A model generated the notes under the pieces. The model was given only the letters and a program-made list of their open reading frames with translations. It searched no databases and was not told where the DNA came from. From contig OZ220741.1 of assembly GCA_965116885.1 (NCBI GenBank), positions 5,152,001-5,216,000 of the forward strand: a stretch of 64,000 bases of DNA. The letters are read 5' to 3'. The translations under genes and the position numbers were made by a program. Position 1 is the first letter of the stretch; each line of letters opens with the position of its first letter. This DNA comes from Candidatus Latescibacterota bacterium (GTDB lineage: Bacteria > Latescibacterota > UBA2968). Of this stretch, positions 9,519-20,700 are shown one piece after another.

Positions 9519-10292
9519 ATGTCCAATTTAACCGAACCCATCCTCAACGAAGTCGAAGTCGATTATTTCCGACGTCACGGGTATATCGTGCGTACCGATC
9601 TGCTCACCGATGAAGAACGCGACGAATTTATCGCCCTATTTGACCGCGATCGCGAGCAATTCAAATTTCGATGGCATCCCTATGGCTACCATCAGCAAGC
9701 CAATTACGACGCACTCGTCACCACGCCCGAATTTGACCGCGTGATCCGTCACCCAAAAATCCTCGCTGCAATCGAACAACTCATGGGGGGACCGGTTTGC
9801 TTTGGCGAAATTGGCGCGCGTTACATGCTCCCTTACGACGGCGAACTGCACCGCAGTTGGCATCGCGACCGCCCCCACTGGGACGAGCATCCATTTCGAA
9901 TGGACTACATCCAGCTCATGCTCTATCTCACAGACGTCGGTGCAGACACCCACTGCTTCTCACTCTCTCCCGAATCGGTTTACGAACCCACGCTCGAAGA
10001 CAAAGAAGCACAACTCAAACGCGGAGGCATCGCCGATATCCACGGTCCGGCAGGCACGGTCTGTCTCTTCAATGTCGCGGCACTACACACAGCCACCACG
10101 CGGCCGACAAAATGCGACCGCAAAACCCTGCAAATCTACTATGGACACCGCGATCGCAAATACCTGGCCAATGACTCCGTCATCCCCCCTATCTTCTGGC
10201 GCGACCACAAAGACCCGGAAGTGCGCGCCTTTTACGGCAACCTCAACGAAGTCTCCAATATTTACAACAAAGCATTTGGAATCAGGCCATGA
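9519..10292 (+). CDS. Phytanoyl-CoA dioxygenase (PhyH)-family Fe(II)/2OG enzyme
   Basis: WHRD iron motif, distal LH, YFRRHGYIV N-terminus. Confidence 0.85.
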   Translation: MSNLTEPILNEVEVDYFRRHGYIVRTDLLTDEERDEFIALFDRDREQFKFRWHPYGYHQQANYDALVTTPEFDRVIRHPKILAAIEQLMGGPVCFGEIGARYMLPYDGELHRSWHRDRPHWDEHPFRMDYIQLMLYLTDVGADTHCFSLSPESVYEPTLEDKEAQLKRGGIADIHGPAGTVCLFNVAALHTATTRPTKCDRKTLQIYYGHRDRKYLANDSVIPPIFWRDHKDPEVRAFYGNLNEVSNIYNKAFGIRP

Positions 10293-11101
10293 CCTTCCGA
10301 ACAACACCCCTCACGCCCAACTACGGTGCTGAAGTTCACGACATAGACCTCACCCAAATCAATGGCGAAATGGCCGAAGCCATTCTCGATGCAGTCAATG
10401 AACACGCCCTGCTTCTTTTTCGGCGGCAATCGCTCCACGACGAAAACATCTACGCCCTCAGTGCCGCACTCGGACCCGTCGAAGAACCCGCAGCCCGGAT
10501 CAATCACAGTCCCCGTTTCAAAGAAGTCAATTACATCTCGAATTTGAACAATGATGAAGGAACATTTATCGGTGCTCCCATCACAGACAATGACGGTGGC
10601 TGGCATACAGACCAGGCCTTTCGCAAAAATCCCGCCACACTATCTACGCTTTTCTGTATCATCGCCCCAGAACAAGGGGGCGGCACCAGCTTTTGCAGTA
10701 CACACATGGGCTATGAAGCCCTTCCGGAAACACTCAAGAAGCGCATTGAGAACATGCGCGTCAAATACCTGCCCGGCAAAATTCACGAAGTCGAACCCCT
10801 TGAAGTCACCCATCCTCTGGTACTCACCAGCCCGAGCACTGGGCGAAAAACCCTCTATCTGGCTCCCAGCACGCGCGAAATTGACGAACTTGCCGAAGCT
10901 GAAAGCCAGGCCCTCAAAAGAGAACTACTCACCTATCAACTCCGCCCACAGCACATATACCAGCACAACTATCGCATGGGCGACATGCTCATTTACGATA
11001 ACGCACAACTCCTGCACAAACGCGACGCGTACAAAGGTCCTCGCTTCCTGAAAATTACGCGTGTCTTTCTGTCTCCTGACCGCTTCGCCATTCCCGACTA
11101 A
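10289..11101 (+). CDS. TauD/TfdA-family dioxygenase
   Basis: GAEVHDIDL, WHTD, GGGTSF, DMLIYDN...LHKR; ATGA overlap with the upstream gene. Confidence 0.9.
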   Translation: MTFRTTPLTPNYGAEVHDIDLTQINGEMAEAILDAVNEHALLLFRRQSLHDENIYALSAALGPVEEPAARINHSPRFKEVNYISNLNNDEGTFIGAPITDNDGGWHTDQAFRKNPATLSTLFCIIAPEQGGGTSFCSTHMGYEALPETLKKRIENMRVKYLPGKIHEVEPLEVTHPLVLTSPSTGRKTLYLAPSTREIDELAEAESQALKRELLTYQLRPQHIYQHNYRMGDMLIYDNAQLLHKRDAYKGPRFLKITRVFLSPDRFAIPD

Positions 11102-11103
11102 CC

Positions 11104-13092
11104 ATGGCTGCAACATCTCCCCAACAAGAACGCATTCTCTCGCGCATCACGGGACGCTCCGTGTTCTTTGGCGCACTCACCGCCATTGCCCTCAACGTGT
11201 ACACCGATCACGCCGGGCTGGTGATGGGATCGTCATCCCTGGTCAAATCGCAATATCCAATGGCCATGTTGCTGCCCTTTGTACTCTGGTTATTTGCCAA
11301 TATCGGTCTCAAAACCTTCTGGCCCAAAGCGGCTCTTTCGGGCACCGAGCTGCTGGTCATCTACGGCATGTCCTGGATCGCGGGCGTTATTCCCCTCGAA
11401 GGTTGGGCAGCTTATTGGACGAGCACAATGGCCGTGCCCACCTATTATGCGTCACCTGAAAATCGCTGGACCGAAATTATCTTTGACATCTTGCCCTGGT
11501 GGACCCTGCCAGATGTATCGCCTGCGGTCATTCGTCCTTTCTACGATGGATTGCCTCCACATAGTTCCATCCCCTGGGCGGGCTGGTTGCAACCCCTATT
11601 CTGGTGGACCGCCATCTCACTGGCCGTTTTTACAGCGGGATTGTGCTTGTGTATTCTCTTCCAACGCCAGTGGGAAGACCACGAGCGACTCGCCTTTCCG
11701 CTCGTACAATTTGCCGTAGAACTGACCTCTGGCTTTGATCAACCCGGACGCGTTCCCGGCATATTTCGCAACAAAATTTTCTGGGCGGGTTTTCTCACTG
11801 TTTTTGGCGTCTTCGCGTGGAATATCCTCGGTTATTTCGCCACGGGACTACCGCGCATCACCATCTATGCCGGGTACCTGAGCAAACAAATCGACCTCGC
11901 CCGCGACTTTCCACCCATTTACCTTCGCATCCTGCCCCCGGTGGTTGGTCTCACCTACTTTTGCAATCTCGACATCCTCTTCAGTTTTTGGGTTTTGCGC
12001 CTCGTTGCCATAGTCAAACTCGGCATTATGGACCGCACGGGTTTCACCCTGGGCCTGACCAACCAACAGGCAAAATCATCCGAAATCATCAATCTCGAAA
12101 GCCACGGCGCCCTTGTTTTGCTGGCACTCTGGTCTATTTGGGCCGCTCGGGGGCACCTGTCTCGCGTCTGGCAAGCTGTTGTAGAGGGCCGACAGTCTGA
12201 TCATAACGACGGCATCATATCCTACCGCATGGCATTTATCGGCTTTGTTCTGGCAACCACCTTCATCATCGGCTGGATGAGCGCAATGGGCATGTCTATC
12301 CCCATTGCACTCTTGCAAACCGCGTTACTCTACACGGCATATTTCACCGTCGCCAAATTCACGGCCGCCAGTGGTTTTCCCCATCTTCTACCCATATATG
12401 GTAAAGGCGGTGGCATGGTCTATACCTTTACAGGTACTGCCAACTTGACCCCCTCGGACTTTGTGGGTACTGAATTTGTCAACTCCAGCTCCTTCTTTGG
12501 CAACACTCGCATTCCCGCATGGCCCGCGCTACCCCACCATTTGAAATTGCACGGCGCAACGCCAAACGCCCGCATTGCCCGTATCGCTACACTCGCCTTC
12601 ACCGCGGGCTTGCTCGCATCCTTCATCTTTATTATTTATTTGGCATACGCCCACGGAGGGCAAAATTTGCACACAGCCCCTTTTTCTGGCCGCTCAAACT
12701 CGGCCTCGGTCCGCCTCTACAGCAACATGACCAACCACATACTCAACGAACAAAAAACCGTTTTTGATCCATATAAAATGGCCGTATGGTTCATTGGCAT
12801 CTTTGAAGCGCTCGTGCTCATTGGCTTGCGAAGCCGCCTGCCCTGGTGGCCCTTGCACCCGATTGGCCTCGCCTTTCAAAATACCTCTGGTCCAAGAATC
12901 TACAGCTTCTCCATTTTTCTCACCTGGGCGGCCAAATCGCTTTTCCTGCGCATCGGCGGCATTGCTCTGTACCGCTGCGCAGCACCTTATTTTATTGGCC
13001 TGCCAGTGGGCTATGTCACCGGCGTCATCGTTTCGTCTATTGTCGATCTCATCTGGTTCCCAACAGGTGGGCACTGGACACATGGGTGGTAG
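11104..13092 (+). CDS. Large multi-pass membrane protein, putative transporter (DUF6785/DUF6784-like)
   Basis: Many hydrophobic segments; QWEDHERLAFPL and WWPLHPIG motifs. Confidence 0.7.
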   Translation: MAATSPQQERILSRITGRSVFFGALTAIALNVYTDHAGLVMGSSSLVKSQYPMAMLLPFVLWLFANIGLKTFWPKAALSGTELLVIYGMSWIAGVIPLEGWAAYWTSTMAVPTYYASPENRWTEIIFDILPWWTLPDVSPAVIRPFYDGLPPHSSIPWAGWLQPLFWWTAISLAVFTAGLCLCILFQRQWEDHERLAFPLVQFAVELTSGFDQPGRVPGIFRNKIFWAGFLTVFGVFAWNILGYFATGLPRITIYAGYLSKQIDLARDFPPIYLRILPPVVGLTYFCNLDILFSFWVLRLVAIVKLGIMDRTGFTLGLTNQQAKSSEIINLESHGALVLLALWSIWAARGHLSRVWQAVVEGRQSDHNDGIISYRMAFIGFVLATTFIIGWMSAMGMSIPIALLQTALLYTAYFTVAKFTAASGFPHLLPIYGKGGGMVYTFTGTANLTPSDFVGTEFVNSSSFFGNTRIPAWPALPHHLKLHGATPNARIARIATLAFTAGLLASFIFIIYLAYAHGGQNLHTAPFSGRSNSASVRLYSNMTNHILNEQKTVFDPYKMAVWFIGIFEALVLIGLRSRLPWWPLHPIGLAFQNTSGPRIYSFSIFLTWAAKSLFLRIGGIALYRCAAPYFIGLPVGYVTGVIVSSIVDLIWFPTGGHWTHGW

Positions 13093-13120
13093 GCTAATCG
13101 CTTCTACAGAAAGGTTTTTC

Positions 13121-13840
13121 ATGTCCGAACAAAAACACATTCTCATCACAGGCGGTGCAGGCTTTGTCGCTGGCATGTTGCGCCAGCACTGGGGCGCGAC
13201 CTATCGCCTCCGGCTTGCAGATGTGAACCCGGTTGAAAATCTTGCAGATCACGAAGAATTTGTCCAGATGGATATTACCAATCTCGACGAATTCCAGGCT
13301 GCTTGTCGAGGCATTCATACCGTTATACACCTCGCAGCTGACCGCAGCCCACGCGCCGACTTTTACGAAACCTTGCTCGACCTCAACATTATTGGCGCAT
13401 ACAACGCCTTTCACGCTGCACACCTGTGCGGTTGCAAGCGCATTGTTTTTGCCAGTTCGGTCAATGCTGTGTTGGGCTACCCGGGTGATTCCTCCATTGA
13501 ATGGGATGTACCCGTATTCCCCACCAATGTCTATGGCGCCACCAAATGCTGGGGTGAAGCCCTTGCGCGGGTATATTCCGAAACCCACGGACTATCCTGC
13601 ATCTGTGTGCGCCTGGGCGGCCCGAGATGGAATGCCAATGAAATTTACGACCCAGACAAACCCAGCATGCTCATCAGCCCGCGGGATACCGCACAACTTT
13701 TTCAAAAATGCGTGGAAGCAGATACCGACTTTGCCATTGTACATGGCGTATCTGATCACAAAAAATCCTATCTCGGAATTGATAGCACCAGAGAAGTATT
13801 GGGCTACACCCCACAAGACGGGACAGCGAAAAGGCCGTAA
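13121..13840 (+). CDS. NAD-dependent epimerase/dehydratase family, uronate dehydrogenase-like
   Basis: ILITGGAG Rossmann motif, FASS, YGATK (YxxxK), ISPRD; start at ATG 13121. Confidence 0.85.
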   Translation: MSEQKHILITGGAGFVAGMLRQHWGATYRLRLADVNPVENLADHEEFVQMDITNLDEFQAACRGIHTVIHLAADRSPRADFYETLLDLNIIGAYNAFHAAHLCGCKRIVFASSVNAVLGYPGDSSIEWDVPVFPTNVYGATKCWGEALARVYSETHGLSCICVRLGGPRWNANEIYDPDKPSMLISPRDTAQLFQKCVEADTDFAIVHGVSDHKKSYLGIDSTREVLGYTPQDGTAKRP

Positions 13841-13855
13841 ACAGAAAGGATACCC

Positions 13856-14308
13856 ATGGGAAAGGGAAAGTTCTCATCGACAAAAACATATCGCGATCTG
13901 CCCTGTGCACACCGTCAGGGGTATCACGACGGACACTGTCGCTTTATTCACGGATACAATCGCGAGATCACGTTTTATTTTACCTGTAACGAACTCGACG
14001 AAAACCACTTTGTCGTCGATTTTAGCAAGCTCAAAAAGCTCAAAGCATGGTTGGAAAACATGTTTGACCACACGATGCTCATCAACGAAAATGATCCCGA
14101 ACGCGAATTTTTTGAAGAAATGCACCGCCGGGAACTGATCGACCTGCGAATTATGCCCAACGTCGGCATGGAAGCGTCATCAAAATATGTCTTTGATTAT
14201 GCCGACAAACTCGTGCGCGACATGACCCAAAACCGATGCTGGGTCTATAAAGTTGAAACCCGCGAAAACACGAAAAACTCGGGTATATACGAACTCGTAG
14301 ATGGCTGA
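13856..14308 (+). CDS. queD: 6-carboxytetrahydropterin / 6-pyruvoyl-tetrahydropterin synthase
   Basis: CAHR...HCRFIHGY, VVDF, FDHT, E..N.N.SG motifs. Confidence 0.8.
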   Translation: MGKGKFSSTKTYRDLPCAHRQGYHDGHCRFIHGYNREITFYFTCNELDENHFVVDFSKLKKLKAWLENMFDHTMLINENDPEREFFEEMHRRELIDLRIMPNVGMEASSKYVFDYADKLVRDMTQNRCWVYKVETRENTKNSGIYELVDG

Positions 14309-14419
14309 TCTATATATCTGAATAGCATTTTTTGCCCTACTGCACAAAATACTGCACATATTTTTTCTTATAACACAATAAATTGTGTATAAACAATAAT
14401 TTATTGTGTTATTTTTTTC

Positions 14420-14448
14420 TTGACTTATGAACAAATGTTCACTATATT
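14420..14448 (+). promoter_or_regulatory. Sigma-70 promoter containing a GAAC-N4-GTTC (LexA-type) operator
   Basis: TTGACT 14420-14425, 17-bp spacer containing TGAACAAATGTTCA, TATATT 14443-14448. Confidence 0.75.
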
Positions 14449-14529
14449 CTTGCTCAGCCATAACTGAGGCCAAAGCAGATAGATGTTCCGCACAGAGTAC
14501 AGGACCTCAGAACACCATAAGGAGGAAAC

Positions 14530-15528
14530 ATGATTTCCGAAATGAACCAGAATCGCAGGCAGGCTCTTCGCAGAGCACCAGGACAAAGCGCAGACCGAGT
14601 TTGCACTTCTCCCTATGTGGGCGATGAACCCTCTCTGGCCTATTACTACAAGGAGATCGAACGACATCCACTGCTCACGCCAGACGAAGAAAAAGCACTG
14701 GCAGAGCAAATTGCTCTGGGCGATCTGCCAAATGCAGGAGCTCGTGCTCGGCGGGCAGGAGAGTATGCCCGCGAAAAGCTCATCACCAGCAACCTGCGCT
14801 TTGTTATTCACATTGCCAAAAATTTTAAAAATCAAGGGCTTCCCCTGGCCGACCTCATCAATGAAGGCAACATGGGTTTGATGACTGCCGCCCGCAAATT
14901 CAAACCCGAGAAAGGTTACAAATTCATCACTTACGCAGTCTGGTGGATCAGACAGAACATCCTCAAAGCCCTCGAAGTTCAAACCCGATCTATCCGGATT
15001 CCCGGCAATGTCGTCAACGACCTCAACAAATTGCGCAAAGTCGAAGCTGACCTGACTCAACACCTCGACCGGCATCCCGATGCCGATGAACTCGCTCAAG
15101 AAACCGATCTGCCCCTCAAAAAAATCACGCACACCCTCGAATCGGCCTATAACACCGTGTCGCTGGATACCCCAATGTACGATGAAGTCGCAAACTCAGC
15201 GCCACTGGCTGCCACCCTGCAAGAAACTCTGTCAGATCCCCAAACATTGTCTCCAGAAGACGCCTATATCCAAAATACTATGCACAATGATATACACAAC
15301 GCGCTGAGTGCCTTACCCGATCGCGATCGGCAAATTCTACATCTCTACTACGGTTTTAGCGACCCGGCAGAATGCGCCGAAGTTAGCGGTTCAAAACCCG
15401 CGACTTATCAACAAATAGGTAACAAACTGGGAGTAAGCCGAGAACGGGTGCGCCAACTCAAAGAAGAGGCACTCAACCGGCTGCGGCATCCCACCCACAG
15501 TAAGCGACTTGCCACCTATTGTAGTTAA
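14530..15528 (+). CDS. RpoD/SigA-family sigma factor lacking region 1.1
   Basis: Region 1.2 YYKEIERHPLLT, NLRFVIHIAK, DLINEGNMGL, KFITYAVWWIRQ, SRERVRQ. Confidence 0.93.
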   Translation: MISEMNQNRRQALRRAPGQSADRVCTSPYVGDEPSLAYYYKEIERHPLLTPDEEKALAEQIALGDLPNAGARARRAGEYAREKLITSNLRFVIHIAKNFKNQGLPLADLINEGNMGLMTAARKFKPEKGYKFITYAVWWIRQNILKALEVQTRSIRIPGNVVNDLNKLRKVEADLTQHLDRHPDADELAQETDLPLKKITHTLESAYNTVSLDTPMYDEVANSAPLAATLQETLSDPQTLSPEDAYIQNTMHNDIHNALSALPDRDRQILHLYYGFSDPAECAEVSGSKPATYQQIGNKLGVSRERVRQLKEEALNRLRHPTHSKRLATYCS

Positions 15529-15579
15529 AGTGAAGAATTATACACCGCTTGCCTTGTAACACATAGCCCTAAAAAAATC

Positions 15580-15611
15580 AGAGCGCCGGCAGACAGCGTC
15601 GGCGCTCTTTT
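15580..15611 (+). terminator. Intrinsic terminator
   Basis: AGAGCGCCGGC/GTCGGCGCTCT followed by a T-run. Confidence 0.7.
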
Positions 15612-15720
15612 GTATTTCTACTTGCATCTAAAGCCGAAACCTTGCTATTTATTATTCAATCTTCTTGGAACTTTGTAAACCACTGCTCGTCCAGAATATA
15701 GCTCATACAGTAAATTATCT

Positions 15721-16533
15721 ATGAAAATCCTCATCCTCTCCACACTCGGCACACTCATCCTGCTCGGCGTAGGTGTGTACATTGTTTTTTATATTTCAGA
15801 GCGCGACAAAATTGAAGGCAAATCCTTCTTCCGCCTTGAAAATCGCTGGCTCTACGGATTTTTGGGCTACGCATCTGTCATTGTCGTCACTTTTCTGATC
15901 CTGATTTTGCAAACCTCGCTCACGCGCCAGGAGCAAACCCTTGAAAATACCCAGGCGCGATTCCAACAAGAACTCACGGCTTTTCGCGAGCGACTCGGCG
16001 ACCAAACCGACCGTCTCATGTCCCAAATCAATGAAAAAGCGGAACTCACTGGATCTGAAGTCGAGGTGCGCGGCAAGCTATCCAGTGAAATCGCACATCA
16101 CCAACGCACCCGCAAAGAACTCGACGCTACACGCGAGCAATTGCGCCTCACACAGAGCGACTTAAATCGGGAAACACTCGCACATCGCGCCTATCTCGAC
16201 AGCCTCAACACCGAAAGATCGCTTCACGCATCAACCCAAAATCGGCTCAAGCGCGAGGAAGCACAACACACCAAAAACCGCGAGACATTGCGAAATACCC
16301 AACAAAAACTCGACCGCGCCAACGAGCGACTAAACGTACAAAATCGCCAGATTACAGCACTTAGAGCCGATCTCAAACGCGCGCAGGACAACGCCAATAG
16401 CGCACGCCAGATGGCCAGTCGCCTCTTACAACAATCCGCCGATCAGCAGCGGGCACTCATGATCCTTCAAGCCACCGTCGATTCTCTCTTTCTAAAAGAA
16501 TTTAAACGCCCCCGAGTTCCTTCAGACAAATAG
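15721..16533 (+). CDS. Two-TM membrane-anchored long coiled-coil protein
   Basis: Two N-terminal hydrophobic helices then about 200 aa of Q/E/R/L-rich heptad sequence. Confidence 0.75.
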   Translation: MKILILSTLGTLILLGVGVYIVFYISERDKIEGKSFFRLENRWLYGFLGYASVIVVTFLILILQTSLTRQEQTLENTQARFQQELTAFRERLGDQTDRLMSQINEKAELTGSEVEVRGKLSSEIAHHQRTRKELDATREQLRLTQSDLNRETLAHRAYLDSLNTERSLHASTQNRLKREEAQHTKNRETLRNTQQKLDRANERLNVQNRQITALRADLKRAQDNANSARQMASRLLQQSADQQRALMILQATVDSLFLKEFKRPRVPSDK

Positions 16534-16552
16534 ACAAGGAGAAAAATACACC

Positions 16553-17707
16553 GTGAAACTCAAAATCCTCCTTCCCATCATTGTCCTGATCATCGGTATG
16601 CTGGGAGCTTTTGCACTTGTCAAAAGCCGAGAAGTCGTCCAGCCCAAACCAACAAAAGTGCCCCCGCCGCTCGTGCGCGTTCAATCTGTTTACCCCACAG
16701 ACTTTCAACTCGTTATTCCAGCGCAAGGCACAGTTGCCCCGCGCACGCAAACCACGCTCATCTCACAAGTGGCAGGACAGATCATTGAAGTATCGCCCGC
16801 ATTTGCCAACGGGGGATTTTTTGAAAAAGGCGATGTCCTGCTCACCATAGACCCGCGCGATTACGAAGCCGCTGTTGCACAAGCACAGGTTCAGGTCGCA
16901 CAGGCCAAATTGCGATTGGCACGCGAAGAAGAAGAATCCGCAATTGCCCGCGACGAATGGAAACGCCTGGGCACTGGAGAGCCAACCGACCTGGTTTTGC
17001 GCAAACCGCAAATTGACGAAGCCCGTGCGACCATTGCCGCTGCCAAAGGCGCATTGATGCGCGCCAGTCTCAACCTCGAACGCACGCAAATCAGAGCACC
17101 ATATCCCGGACGCGTTCGCACCAAAAATGCGGATGTCGGGCAATACGTCAATCCCGGTTCACCGCTCGGCCACATTTACGCGATCGACTATGCCGAAGTG
17201 CGCCTGCCCGTGTCCGATGATCAACTCGCGTATCTGGATCTGCCCCTATCCTTTCGCAATAATCCCCATGACCATTCAGGCCCCGATGTGCGTTTCCACG
17301 CCACATTTGCCGGACGCGAACACTCCTATATGGGACGCATTGTGCGCGTTGAAGGTGAAATTGATACGCGCTCTGGCATGATCGCGCTCGTCGGGCGCGT
17401 AGATAATCCATACCGCCAGCGCGATAGCAACACGCCGCCATTAGCTGTGGGCATGTTTGTCACGGCAGAAATCCTGGGCCATCGCGCGGAAAACGTCGTG
17501 GTCATCCCACGCGCTGCACTGCGCGGAAAAAATCGCGTCCTCGTGGTTACAGACAATCGCCTCTACTATCGAACCATCGATATCTTGCGCGCCGACGCAG
17601 AAAAAGTCGTTGTCAGAAACGGTCTAAAATCGGGCGATCAACTCTGTGTATCACCACTCGATACCGTCGTAGATGGCATGCGCGTGCGCACTGGAGGTAC
17701 ACAATGA
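16553..17707 (+). CDS. RND efflux periplasmic adaptor (MFP)
   Basis: N-terminal anchor, lipoyl half-motifs (GDVLLTID, IRAPYPG), alpha-hairpin. Confidence 0.92.
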   Translation: MKLKILLPIIVLIIGMLGAFALVKSREVVQPKPTKVPPPLVRVQSVYPTDFQLVIPAQGTVAPRTQTTLISQVAGQIIEVSPAFANGGFFEKGDVLLTIDPRDYEAAVAQAQVQVAQAKLRLAREEEESAIARDEWKRLGTGEPTDLVLRKPQIDEARATIAAAKGALMRASLNLERTQIRAPYPGRVRTKNADVGQYVNPGSPLGHIYAIDYAEVRLPVSDDQLAYLDLPLSFRNNPHDHSGPDVRFHATFAGREHSYMGRIVRVEGEIDTRSGMIALVGRVDNPYRQRDSNTPPLAVGMFVTAEILGHRAENVVVIPRAALRGKNRVLVVTDNRLYYRTIDILRADAEKVVVRNGLKSGDQLCVSPLDTVVDGMRVRTGGTQ

Positions 17708-20700
17708 AAAATGCCATTGAATGGTTTGCCCGAAACAGCGTGGCGGCCAATCTGTTGATGGTATTGATCCTGGGAGGTGGTATTCTCCTCGTATCCCGCA
17801 TTCGCATGGAAGTCTTCCCAGAGATTTCACAGGATATGATCAATGTCTCCATGATCTATCTGGGGGCTGCTCCCGAAGAAGTCGAAGAAGCCATCTGCAT
17901 ACGCATCGAAGAAGCTGTGCTGGGTCTCGACGGCATTGAGCGCATCACCTCCACGGCATCGGAGAACAGCGGTGTTGTCAACATCGAACTCGAGTCGGGT
18001 GCTGATATGCGCAAATTGCTCGACGATGTCAAAGCCCGCGTAGATGCCATCACCACGTTTCCGGTCGAAACGGAAAAACCCATCATTCGAGAAATCACCA
18101 ACCGCCGCCAGGTCATCAACGTTGCTATCTCTGGTCCGACAGATGAAAAAACCCTCAAAACAATTGGCGAGCAAGTCAGAGATGACATTGCAACCATTCC
18201 CGGCATCACACAGGTAGATCTCGTCAGCACACGCCCTTACGAAATCGCTATCGAAGTCTCGGAAAATGACCTGAGGCGTTACGACCTCACCTTTAGCGAA
18301 ATTGCCATGGCCGTGAGGCGTTTCTCAATCGATTTGCCCGGCGGCGCCATTCGAACACAGGGCGGCGAAATCCTGTTGCGCACCAAAGGGCAGGCATATC
18401 GAGGCAAAGAATTTGAATCGCTCGTCTTGCGCTCTCGGCCCGATGGCACGCATCTTCGCCTGGGCGATGTCGCCACAGTCATCGACGGATTTGCCGAAAC
18501 AGACCAATCTGCTCAATTTGATGCAGAGCCCACCGTGACGGTCAAGGTTTATCGCGTAGGCGATCAAAATGCTCTGGACATTACCGAAAAAGTCAAAGCC
18601 TATATCAATAATACACAACAGCGCATGCCCGATGGCATCAAACTCACCGTCTGGGCAGACTTTTCTCGCATCTTAAATGACCGCCTGGAACTCATGCTGC
18701 ACAATGGTCAACTGGGTTTTATCCTCGTCTTTATCGCACTGACGATGTTTCTCCGTTTACGACTCGCCTTCTGGGTCGCCCTGGGTATTCCCATCTCATT
18801 TCTCGGCGCAATCGGCCTGATGCCCTTCTTTGACATCTCCATCAACATGATCTCCCTTTTTGCATTTATCGTGGTGCTCGGCATTGTCGTAGATGATGCG
18901 GTCATCGTAGGAGAAAACATCTATCGCCATTACCAAATGGGCAAACGCGGTTTGCGTGCGGCCATTGACGGCGCGCAAGAAGTATATGTTCCCGTCATTT
19001 TTGCTATCCTCACATCTATTGCCGCCTTCTCTCCCCTGCTCACAGTTGAAGGCAGCATGGGAAAAATCATGAGACTCATTCCCATGATTGTCATCCTCAC
19101 CCTCATCTTTTCACTCATCGAATCGCTCTTTATTTTACCAGCGCATCTCGCACATGCCAAAATAGATTCAAAAAAAGACAGCGATCCCCCGCGCAAGCGC
19201 GCCATTGTCACTCTGTGGCAACGCGTTCAAAATGGCGTGGCCGATGGTTTGCTCATCGCTGTTGACCGCTATTATCGTCCCTTTCTCGAATGGGCACTCC
19301 AATGGCGATATCTAACCCTCGCAGGGGGTGTTGCCACGCTCTTTCTCACCGTGGGGCTCGTTGGCGGCGGATGGATCAAGTTCGTCTTTTTTCCCAACGT
19401 CGAAGCCGATAATATCGTAGCTATGCTCACCATGCCCCAGGGCACACCTGCCGAGGTCACTGAAAAAGCAGTGCGCCATCTGGAGGCGTCAGCGCAGCAA
19501 CTCCAACGGGAAATCGAAGGCGAGAATTCGAGTTCGGTATTTCGCCATGTTTTCGCTTCTGTGGGCGAACAACCCTATCGCGCAGCACAAGGTCCGCCCA
19601 CCGGGAATGCCGCCTCATTTTCATCGGCACATCTGGGCGAAGTCTATATTGAACTCATGCCTTCAGAAAATCGCAACATCAGCAGTGAGGAAATAGCCAA
19701 CCGCTGGCGCGAACTCACCGGCGCTATTCCCGACGCGGTCGAACTGGCCTATTCATCCTCGCTATTTTCTTCCGGAGAAGCCATCAATATCCAGTTCTCA
19801 GGCCCCGACTACGGCGAATTGCGCGAAGTTGCCGAAAAATTCAAAAGCGCGTTGAATGACTATCCCGGTGTCTTTGACATCGCGGATTCATTTCGCCCGG
19901 GGAAAGAGGAAGTGAAACTCTCCCTCACCCGACAGGCCGAAACCCTGGGCATCACATTGGCCGACCTCGCACGTCAGGTCAGACAGGCGTTTTACGGAGA
20001 AGAAGCGCAACGCATTCAGCGAGGGCGCGACGACATCCGCGTGATGGTGCGCTATCCCGAATCAGAGCGACGATCTCTGGGCAACCTCGAAGACATGCGC
20101 ATTCGCACGCCCAGCGGTGGCGAAGTGCCCTTCTCAATTGCCGCCAGAGCAGAACCCGGTCGGGGCTACGCATCCATCCGCCGTACCGACCGCCAGAGAG
20201 TTATCAACGTCACTTCCGATGTCGATATAAGCATCGCCAATGCAAACGAAATCATCGCCGAATGCACCCGCACTGTCTTGCCTCAAATACTGGCAGACCA
20301 CCCCCGCGTGCGCTACGATTTTGAAGGCCAGCAAAGAGAACAGGACGAAATGCTACAGGGACTGGCCCAAAGCTTTATTATTGCCTTACTGATCATTTAT
20401 ATTTTGCTCGCCATTCCCTTCAAATCCTATGTCCAACCCCTAATTGTGATGGGGGCCATCCCATTTGGAATCGTCGGCGCAGTCTGGGGGCATGTCGCTC
20501 TTGGATTTAATCTCTCGATTCTCTCTGTATTTGGCATCGTTGCACTTACGGGTATCGTCGTCAATGACAGTCTGGTCATGGTCGATTTTATCAACAAACA
20601 ACGCGAAAAAGGCCACGCACTTTCCGACGCCCTCCGCGAAGCCGGTGCTGTGCGTTTCCGCCCCATACTCTTGACCTCGGTCACGACATTTCTCGGCCTC

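Noticed and set aside
12764..14138. Long alternative-frame ORFs (N-extension from 12764, 13233-14138) and other shadow ORFs such as 34840-35793 and 60887-61786
   Set aside because: They overlap well-supported genes, lack RBSs and recognisable motifs, and are expected by-products of codon bias.
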